Positions 48,337 through 56,074 of a stretch of 64,000 nt of DNA are shown here, piece after piece (position 1 is the stretch's first letter; each line of letters starts with the position of its first letter). A program made the translations under genes and the position numbers. The DNA lies in the NCBI GenBank assembly GCA_963836755.1, contig CAWIKF010000001.1, forward strand, positions 160,001 through 224,000. Direction: 5' to 3'. Source of the DNA: an uncultured Verrucomicrobiae bacterium (GTDB lineage: Bacteria > Verrucomicrobiota > Verrucomicrobiia > Chthoniobacterales > Chthoniobacteraceae). The notes under the pieces were generated by a model, which saw only the letters and a list, made by a program, of their open reading frames with translations, did not search any database and had not been told where the DNA came from.

Positions 48337-49688
48337 GATCTGGAATGCGCGTCGTTCTGCGAGAGAAACCCGGTGATCACTGGCGTCTGCGGTTCCCTGC
48401 GCGGTTTCATGATTTGCTCGAGCGTGGCGTGAAAGCCGGGATACGAAGTCTCCACGCAATCGACATCCTCGATGATCGTGTCTCCATCGGCGAAAAGTCC
48501 CGCAACCGCAAATGCCATTGCGATCCGATGATCGCCAAAACTCTGCAGACGCGCACCGTGGAGCGGGCTGCCGCCGATGATCTCGAGGCCGTCTTCGCGC
48601 TCCGTGACTTCCGCACCCATCGCACGTAGATTTGTCGCAATCGCCGCGAGACGATCGGTTTCTTTGACCCGCAATTCCTTCGCATCGGCGATCACCGTGA
48701 TGCCGCTCGCGAGCGCGCCCGCGACGGCGAGGATCGGAATTTCATCGATGACATTCGGAATTTCCTTGCCCTGAATGATCGTCCCTTTGAGCCGCGTGCC
48801 CTTGATTTCAACGGAGCCGCGCGGTTCGCTTTCCTCGCCTTCCTCGATGATTTCGCGCACGTGCGCACCCATGCGCAGCAGCACGCCGAGCACGCCGGTG
48901 CGCGTTTCATTCAGGCCGACATCCTTCACGAGTAAATGCGAATGCGCGCGGGCGGCGGCGGCGACGAGCCAAAATGCGGCGCTCGAAATATCGCCCGGCA
49001 CAGTGAAATCGCGCGACTCGGGAGTCTGCTCGCCGTGGATCGAAACGCTGAGATCGTCCTTTTGCGGACGCACCAAAAAGTAGCTCAGCATCCGCTCCGT
49101 GTGATCCCGACTTTGACTCGGTTCGGTAACCGTCGTTTTACCTTTGCCAAACAAAGCGGCGAGCAGGATCGCGCTCTTCACCTGCGCGCTTGCGATCGGC
49201 ATGAAATATTGGATCGGCTGCGGCTTCGCGCCTTCGATAAGCAGCGGCGGCGTCTGTTTTGGGCCTTCCGCCGTGATGCGCGCCCCCATTTCCGCCAGCG
49301 GTTCCATCACGCGTTTCATTGGACGTTTCGAAAGCGATTCATCGCCGATAAGCCTGCTGCGAAAAGGCTGCGCGGACAAAAGTCCGGCGAGCAACCGCAT
49401 CGTCGTGCCGGAATTTCCGCAGTCGATGTCTCCCTTCGGCGCGGTCAGCTTCCGCTTTGTTCCGTGCACGACTAGCGTCGTCGGTTCCAGCGTTTCGATC
49501 TCAATCCCGAGCGCCTGCATCGCCGCGACTGTGCGCAGACAATCTTCGCTCGGGAGGAAACCTTTGATCACGCAGGGGCCGTTTGAAAGCGACGCAATGA
49601 TGACGGCTCGGTGCGAAATACTTTTGTCGCCGGGCACGCTGATTTCGGTATGGATGAGCGGCGCCTTCTGGACTTTCCAATGGGTCAT
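48333..49688 (-). CDS. aroA: EPSP synthase
   Basis: PGDKSISHR, CGNSGTTMR, SAQVKSA, RVKETDR, DHRIAM. Confidence 0.97.
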   Translation of the reverse strand: MTHWKVQKAPLIHTEISVPGDKSISHRAVIIASLSNGPCVIKGFLPSEDCLRTVAAMQALGIEIETLEPTTLVVHGTKRKLTAPKGDIDCGNSGTTMRLLAGLLSAQPFRSRLIGDESLSKRPMKRVMEPLAEMGARITAEGPKQTPPLLIEGAKPQPIQYFMPIASAQVKSAILLAALFGKGKTTVTEPSQSRDHTERMLSYFLVRPQKDDLSVSIHGEQTPESRDFTVPGDISSAAFWLVAAAARAHSHLLVKDVGLNETRTGVLGVLLRMGAHVREIIEEGEESEPRGSVEIKGTRLKGTIIQGKEIPNVIDEIPILAVAGALASGITVIADAKELRVKETDRLAAIATNLRAMGAEVTEREDGLEIIGGSPLHGARLQSFGDHRIAMAFAVAGLFADGDTIIEDVDCVETSYPGFHATLEQIMKPRREPQTPVITGFLSQNDAHSRS

Positions 49689-50545
49689 TTTTTGTTCCTT
49701 TTCAAAGTGTCGCGCCGCTGCTTTGCCTCGGTGAGAAAGCCCTCCAGCGAGCGTGCATCGGCAGTGTCGAGCAGTTTCAACACATCGCGCAAATTTTCAA
49801 TCATTGCGTTGACGGACTTCGCGAGCGCCGCGCGATTTTGCTCGAAAATTTCCGCCCACATCGCAGGCGGTCCCGAAGCGATGCGAGTCGTGTCGCAAAA
49901 ACCTGGGCCCGAAAAATCGAGCGCGTGCGGGTGCTCGGCAACGGCGAGATTCACGAGCGCGGCCGCGAGCAAATGCGGCAGATGGCTGACACGCGCGATG
50001 ATTTCATCGTGGTCAGCGGGTGAAAGAATTTGCACGCGGCCTCCGAGCATTTCCCATAATTCGCGCACGGTTTTGATTGCGAGCGGTTGAGTCGTCGGCT
50101 CGGGCGTGATGATGCATGCCGCGCCTTCAAACAAATCTACTCTCGCCGCCGCCAGCCCGCTCTGCTCCGAGCCCGCCATCGGATGGCTGCCGATGAAAGT
50201 TCCGCCTTGCGCGAAGATCGGTGAAAGTTTTTCGACGACTGAAAGTTTGACGCTGCCGACATCGGTGACGACGGTTTCCGGCGCGATCACCTGTGCGATT
50301 TTTTCCGCAAGCGCTGCCATCGAACCGATTGGAACGCAGAGCACGACGAGCTGCGCGTCGGCGACGACCGCCGCGAGATCCGTGGATGCAATCTCGCCGA
50401 GCCCAGCGTCGCGCACTTCCGCGATAGCACTTTCACGCCGAGCCCACAGCGAGATTTGCAGAGACGGCTGGCGCGCGCGCAATGCGAGTGCGAGAGAACC
50501 GCCGAGCAAACCGGGGCCAACGATCGCAATTTTCGAAACATTCAT
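49685..50545 (-). CDS. tyrA: Prephenate dehydrogenase
   Basis: GPGLLGGS, DVGSVK, HPMAGSE, SHLPH, DTTRIAS. Confidence 0.93.
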   Translation of the reverse strand: MNVSKIAIVGPGLLGGSLALALRARQPSLQISLWARRESAIAEVRDAGLGEIASTDLAAVVADAQLVVLCVPIGSMAALAEKIAQVIAPETVVTDVGSVKLSVVEKLSPIFAQGGTFIGSHPMAGSEQSGLAAARVDLFEGAACIITPEPTTQPLAIKTVRELWEMLGGRVQILSPADHDEIIARVSHLPHLLAAALVNLAVAEHPHALDFSGPGFCDTTRIASGPPAMWAEIFEQNRAALAKSVNAMIENLRDVLKLLDTADARSLEGFLTEAKQRRDTLKRNKK

Positions 50546-50614
50546 GCGACAAAAAATGAGGCGCGACACCGTGTGGCATCGCGCCTCATCAAACTTTCGT
50601 CTCGCTGCGCAGGG

Positions 50615-51034
50615 TTACGGAACGAGAAAAATCTTGCCGGTGTAAGGATCTTTGACTTCGGTGCCCGGCGGAAATCCGCGCACGTCAACGTAGCCGGAAT
50701 ACGGTGCATGCGGGCTCGTGACGAAGCCCGGTTTCCCTGGGACGGGCGTGCCGTAGGGATAATCTTTCCGCGCCGGCGCGTCGCCCGTCTGTGTCCTCTC
50801 AGTTTTGATCGATGGCGGCGGTGGCGGCGGGACATTCTGCGTGGTGGTGGTGGTCGTCGTCGTCTCAGCGGGGTTCGGCGTCGGCTGGACGTCTTGATTC
50901 AAAACCTCAGTCTCCGTGCCTTGATAACCGTAGCGGCTCTGTCGGCTGTGGTGCTGCTGCTGCTGGTCGCCTTCGCATCCGGTGAGCGAAAAAAGTGCGG
51001 CAAAAACGACGGTGGTGAAATAGATTCGTCTCAT
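50615..51034 (-). CDS. Putative lipoprotein with low-complexity linker and small C-terminal domain
   Basis: Lipobox LTGC; Q/T/P runs; C-terminal PVPGKPGFVTSP...DVRGFPPGTEVKDPYTGKIFLVP. Confidence 0.8.
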   Translation of the reverse strand: MRRIYFTTVVFAALFSLTGCEGDQQQQHHSRQSRYGYQGTETEVLNQDVQPTPNPAETTTTTTTTQNVPPPPPPSIKTERTQTGDAPARKDYPYGTPVPGKPGFVTSPHAPYSGYVDVRGFPPGTEVKDPYTGKIFLVP

Positions 51035-51095
51035 AAGTCCCGTGAATGGAGCGGCACTCTTAGCGGATTCGGTCCGTGGTGACAACTGCAATATC

Positions 51096-52073
51096 TCAAA
51101 CGACGCGCAGTCCCGTTTGTAGTTGCTCGCGCAAAATCGCCGTCATCTGTTCGGGCGCCTCGAGCGCGCCGAGCGGTCCGACGTTCGGCAAAATGACCAG
51201 GGTCCCGTTGCGCAGCGATGCGCGCAGCCGGTGCGCCCACTCGATCGGCGCAGTCGGCGTCGCGTCGCTCCATAGCAGCGTCACCGGCAGCGGGAGCATT
51301 TTGATTCGCGCTTCGAAATCAAAGCAAAGCCGGCCTGCGTGCAGGTTCGCAATGGCGTGCTCGGCGCCGTATTGCTGCGCGCAGGTCGCGTAGACATCGA
51401 CCACTTCGTCCGTCACGCGGCTCGCATCAGCAAAGCCAAAATCGGTCAGCCACGCGCGGATTGCGCCATTGGTCAACTGATAATTGCGATACAAAAACCG
51501 ATTCAGCAGCGGCATCGCGGCCGCCATTTTCGTGCTAAGCGAAAGCTGCCGCTGGCCAAACTCCGTCAGCCCCGTCGGCATGTGCAAAATCAAACGCGAC
51601 ACCAGCTCCGGATGCTGGCTTGCCACCAGCACGCAAAGGCCGCCGCCGAGCCCGCTGCCGATCAGCACCGGCGGCTCGTCGCACGTCGCGCGGATAAATT
51701 CTGCGAGCGCGCGTCCGTAATCCTCCGCCGCAATTTGGCCGCCGGGCCGCGCCGATTCGCCGAAGCCGATCAAGTCCGGCGCGATTACGCGGCACGTGGC
51801 GGCAAATTCCGGGTAAACGCGCGACCATTCATACGACGACGCGCCGGGACAGATGGCGTGCACGAACACCAGCGTCCGGCCCGCGCCGGATTCATGGTAA
51901 ACCATTTGGCCGAGGCTCGTGTGCAGCACTTTCGTCTTGAAAACCGCGGGCGAAATCGTGTCGGGCACGCGCGCTTGCGTCGCAGGACGCACGGCATATT
52001 TCAGGGCGACCAAAATCGCGCCGAGGAGACCTGCGCCGAGTCCGACGCCCCAAAATTTCCGGTCCCGCGCCAT
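51096..52073 (-). CDS. Alpha/beta fold protein with non-canonical active-site motifs
   Basis: APDLIGFGESARP; nucleophile elbow reads GSGLG. Confidence 0.85.
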   Translation of the reverse strand: MARDRKFWGVGLGAGLLGAILVALKYAVRPATQARVPDTISPAVFKTKVLHTSLGQMVYHESGAGRTLVFVHAICPGASSYEWSRVYPEFAATCRVIAPDLIGFGESARPGGQIAAEDYGRALAEFIRATCDEPPVLIGSGLGGGLCVLVASQHPELVSRLILHMPTGLTEFGQRQLSLSTKMAAAMPLLNRFLYRNYQLTNGAIRAWLTDFGFADASRVTDEVVDVYATCAQQYGAEHAIANLHAGRLCFDFEARIKMLPLPVTLLWSDATPTAPIEWAHRLRASLRNGTLVILPNVGPLGALEAPEQMTAILREQLQTGLRVV

Positions 52074-53111
52074 TTAAAAAACGAGCCGCACCTTGCCCGA
52101 ACCTTTTTCGATTCGGCCGATATTCTTTGCGCGCGTGAGCTTGATCGCAGCGGCGGCGTCGCGCTCGGCGACAATAATCACCATGCCGATTCCCATGTTA
52201 AACACTTGATACATTTCCGTTGGATCCACTTTTCCGCCGAGCTGGATGATCTGGAAAATTGCCGGCACTTTCCACGCCTTCGTTTCGATTTTTGCGTCGC
52301 ACTTTTTCGGCAGCACGCGCGGCAGATTGTCGATCAATCCGCCGCCGGTAATGTGCGCGAATCCTTTGGCCATGCCGATTGGCAGCGATGCGAGCAGCGG
52401 CTGGTAGTTCCGATGCACGCGCAGCAATTCCTCGCCGAGCGGCTTCGAAAGCCCCTCGCATTTACTCGAAAGTTTTAATCCCATTTGATCGAGTAAAACT
52501 TTTCGCGCCAGCGAATAGCCATTCGTGTGAAGGCCGTTCGACGGCAGTCCGAGCACGACATCGCCGGGCTGAACTTTGCTGCCATCGATCATTTTTTCCC
52601 GATCGACCACGCCGACGATCGTGCCGGCGAGATCGTATTCGCCGCGCTGATACATTCCCGGCATTTGCGCCGTTTCGCCGCCGATCAGCGCGCAGCCGGC
52701 GCCTTTGCACGCGGTCGTAAAACCTTTCATCAACTGCCCGAAAACCTCCGGCTCCAGCCGTTCCGCGCCGATGTAATCGAGAAAAAAAAGCGGCCGCGCG
52801 CCGACGACTGCGATGTCGTTCACGCAATGATTTACGAGGTCAGCGCCGACCGTATCGTGCCGATTCATCGCGAACGCCAGCTTCAACTTTGTTCCCACAC
52901 CGTCGACGCTCGAGACCAAAACTGGCTCGCGCATTCCTGTAAAATCCGGTTTAAACAATCCACCGAAGCCGCCGACCTTCCCGAGCACTTCCGGGCCGTG
53001 CGTGACGCGCACGCGCGCGTGGATTTTGCTTTTGATCCGGTTGCCGAGATCGACGTCCACGCCGGCGCGCGCGTATGCCTTTTTCGCCGAATGCTGCGCG
53101 CCGTTCTTCAT
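52074..53111 (-). CDS. purM: Phosphoribosylformylglycinamidine cyclo-ligase
   Basis: DGVGTK, GGETAQMPG, SNGLHTNGYSL, HITGGG, FNMGIG. Confidence 0.97.
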   Translation of the reverse strand: MKNGAQHSAKKAYARAGVDVDLGNRIKSKIHARVRVTHGPEVLGKVGGFGGLFKPDFTGMREPVLVSSVDGVGTKLKLAFAMNRHDTVGADLVNHCVNDIAVVGARPLFFLDYIGAERLEPEVFGQLMKGFTTACKGAGCALIGGETAQMPGMYQRGEYDLAGTIVGVVDREKMIDGSKVQPGDVVLGLPSNGLHTNGYSLARKVLLDQMGLKLSSKCEGLSKPLGEELLRVHRNYQPLLASLPIGMAKGFAHITGGGLIDNLPRVLPKKCDAKIETKAWKVPAIFQIIQLGGKVDPTEMYQVFNMGIGMVIIVAERDAAAAIKLTRAKNIGRIEKGSGKVRLVF

Positions 53112-54565
53112 TTCAGATCAGCGAAAAGCTCGGGATGCTCGTCAGTTTCCGCCAGGAGGTTCGCGCGATTTTGACGCCGTTCCATGATGAATTTGTCGAG
53201 CTTCGGATCGAACGGAATCGGGTAATCGCCCGTGAAACACGCGAGGCAAAAACTCGACTCCGGCTGCCCAGTCGCCCGCACCATTGACGCGGTGTCGAGA
53301 TAGCCGATCGAGTCGGCGCCGAGATATTCGCGTATTTGATCAAGCGAACATTGATTGGCGAGAAGGTTTTTCGGATCGGGAAAATCGATGCCGTAATGGC
53401 ATGCGAAGCGATGCGGCGGGCACGAGATGCGCATGTGGACTTCCGCCGCGCCAGCCTCTCGAAGCGTGACTACGCGGGCTTTCGCGGTCGTCCCGCGCAC
53501 GATCGAGTCGTCGACGACGACGACCCGTTTTCCGGCAACGGCTTCTTTGATGAGGTTCAGTTTTACCCGCACATTGAAATCGCGGATGAGTTGCGTCGGC
53601 TGCAAAAAAGTCCGCCCGATGTAGTGATTGCGCACAAACGCATGCTCGTAGGGAATCCCAAGCTCCTCCGCGAAACCGAGCGCCGCGTAATTTCCCGAGT
53701 CCGGCACCGGCACCACCATGTCCGCTTCCGCCGGATGCAGCCGCGCCAGCTCGCGGCCCATTGCCGTCCGCACGCGGCTCACATTGATATTGGAAATGAT
53801 TGAGTCAGGCCGCGCGAAGTAAACATACTCAAACATGCAGAACGCCTGCTTCTCCGTGTCGAACGGAAACTCCGAGCGAATCCCATTTTCATCAATGATC
53901 ACCACTTCGCCCGGCTCGATTTCGCGGATGAATTCCGCGTGGATCAAATCGAACGCGCACGTCTCGCTCGACAAAACGTAAGCGCCATCCAACTTCCCGA
54001 GCGAGAGCGGCCGGAAGCCGAACGGATCGCGCACGCCGATGATCTCCCGCTCACTCATCAGCACCAGCGAGAAGGCGCCCTCTGCCTTTCGCAACGCCGC
54101 GAGCACGCCGCCTTTCCCGTCCGGCTGCGCCAGCAAATGCAGGATGATTTCGCTATCGACCGTCGTCTGGAAAATCGAGCCGCGCGCCTCGAGTTCCTCG
54201 CGCAAAACCGCCGCATTGATCAGGTTGCCATTGTGCGCGATCGCGAGCTGACCGCGGCCGCAATCGACCACCAGCGGCTGCGCGTTTTTCACAGTGCTCG
54301 AGCCCGTGGTCGAGTAGCGCACATGACCGATCGCCCGAGTGCCTTTCAAATGCTCGATGTCCGTCGGCGAAAAAACCTGTGACACGAGCCCCATGTCTTT
54401 GTGCACTGCGAAAGGCGCGTTCGGTCCGCTTGCCGTCACGATGCCCGCGCTCTCCTGCCCGCGATGCTGCAGCGCGAAGAGGCCGTAATAAGCCAGCACC
54501 GCCGCATTCGGATGCCCGTAAACGGCGAAGACGCCGCACTCGTGAGTCGGTCGGTGAGATTTCAA
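53108..54565 (-). CDS. purF: Amidophosphoribosyltransferase
   Basis: ECGVF, QHRGQESAG, GHVRYST, VDDSIVRGTT. Confidence 0.97.
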   Translation of the reverse strand: MKSHRPTHECGVFAVYGHPNAAVLAYYGLFALQHRGQESAGIVTASGPNAPFAVHKDMGLVSQVFSPTDIEHLKGTRAIGHVRYSTTGSSTVKNAQPLVVDCGRGQLAIAHNGNLINAAVLREELEARGSIFQTTVDSEIILHLLAQPDGKGGVLAALRKAEGAFSLVLMSEREIIGVRDPFGFRPLSLGKLDGAYVLSSETCAFDLIHAEFIREIEPGEVVIIDENGIRSEFPFDTEKQAFCMFEYVYFARPDSIISNINVSRVRTAMGRELARLHPAEADMVVPVPDSGNYAALGFAEELGIPYEHAFVRNHYIGRTFLQPTQLIRDFNVRVKLNLIKEAVAGKRVVVVDDSIVRGTTAKARVVTLREAGAAEVHMRISCPPHRFACHYGIDFPDPKNLLANQCSLDQIREYLGADSIGYLDTASMVRATGQPESSFCLACFTGDYPIPFDPKLDKFIMERRQNRANLLAETDEHPELFADLK

Positions 54566-54806
54566 GCGAGAGGCGTCACGCTATCGGAACGCGAAGCGCA
54601 GTCAAGAATCTGGCACTCCCGCCGAAGGTGGAAGTTGTAGCGGCTGCTGCTTCGTTCCCTCGAATCGTGAGTGTGAAAAGACTTCGCCAATGATGAGGAG
54701 TCGCATCTCGCGAAGCGGAAAATGTTTTGATGCCGTTGGCGCATTCATTCCATTTGGTTGCTTTGCGTCTTCCGATGTTTATATATCGTTACAGCCCGAT
54801 ACGACG

Positions 54807-55196
54807 ATGCGAAATCTTCTTGCCACGACCAAGGCTTTCGCCGATCCGACGCGTGTGAGGGTCATCTTCGCCTTGCGCGGAAAGGAACTCTGCGTCTCCG
54901 AATTGTGCGATGCACTCCATCTGGTGCAGTCGACGCTCTCGACGCACCTGCAATACTTGCGTCAGGCCGACCTGGTGCAGACGCGGAATCGAGGCAAGTG
55001 GATCTATTATGCGCTCACGAAAAAGTTCGCCCGAGTGGCCTCCGCTCTGTTCCGGTTGCATCGGGTCGAATTGGAGGCCGATGCACGACTTCTGCGCGAC
55101 GCTGCGCGGCTCAAAAAACGCCTCTCGTTGCGCGAGAGCGGATCGTGCTGTCGCGGGTCCGGCCAGATCAGGCGCAACTATCGCGAGAAAGCTTGA
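54807..55196 (+). CDS. ArsR/SmtB family transcriptional regulator
   Basis: KAFADPTR, ELCVSEL, QSTLSTHL, GKWIYY, C-terminal SCC. Confidence 0.93.
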   Translation: MRNLLATTKAFADPTRVRVIFALRGKELCVSELCDALHLVQSTLSTHLQYLRQADLVQTRNRGKWIYYALTKKFARVASALFRLHRVELEADARLLRDAARLKKRLSLRESGSCCRGSGQIRRNYREKA

Positions 55197-55221
55197 GCGC
55201 TACCTGCCTTGAAAAAAAGCG

Positions 55222-55988
55222 CTAGCCTGCGTAGTCGCCGCCGATATCGCAGCCAGAGATAAAGCACGCCGACGGTTGAGATCAGGATTAGAGCTACGAT
55301 CCGTGTGTCATTTGAGCGCCTGGATCGGCCCTTTGAGCAATGCGAGGGGACGATCCCTTGCCGGCGACATTCGCCAGATGAATCGCTCCTTTTTGCAACA
55401 GCACGTAGCCGATCACACCAGGCAGAACCATCAGGAACACAGGCGTGATCTTCAGGCAGACCTGCACGTTTTCGGTCATCACCACTGCTTTCAATCCGCC
55501 GAGCACCGTGTGAAAGCACGATGATGGTCCAGATCATCGGCACTCCGAGGAAGCTCTCGAAGACCTTGGCTGCCGCAAACAAGCTGATGCCGATGTCGAT
55601 CAGCGCCAAGCAGCCCGATGAATGCGAGAAAAGTCCGGGCGGCCGGGCAGTAGCGTCTTTCCATGAACTGCGGAAGCGTCTTCACACCCGATCTGAAATG
55701 GAAGGCGTGAAGATGAGTGCCAGCAGGATCAGGGTGAAGCACGCCATCCATTCGAAATCACCGATGACCATTCCGTCGTGCGCTCCGCCCGCCGCGAGTC
55801 CGACAAGGTGGATGGTCGAGATGTTGGAAGTAAATACCGCCGCGCCGACGGTGAACCAATTCAGCGAATGATTCGCGAGAAAGTTTGCCCGGTGCTCGCG
55901 TGCCGGCGATAGCCCACGAGAATTCCGAACACGGTGATGCCGATCAGGTAAATCGCGATGATCGCGGCGTCGATGGGGATGCGTTCAT
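55222..55988 (-). pseudogene. Sodium:solute symporter (SSS) pseudogene with frameshifts and large internal deletions
   Basis: Fragments across frames: IDAAIIAIYL, FTSNISTIHLVGLA, FEWMA, TLPQFMERRY, TVLGGLKAVVMTE, LKITPVFLMVLPG, VLYLWLR. Confidence 0.88.
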
Positions 55989-56074
55989 AAAACCGGGCGC
56001 GTCGAATTCGCGGCTGAACTTTGAGGTCCGCTGCGGCTGCGAAAGGCCAGCGCAAAAAGAACTGGGATCAAAGT

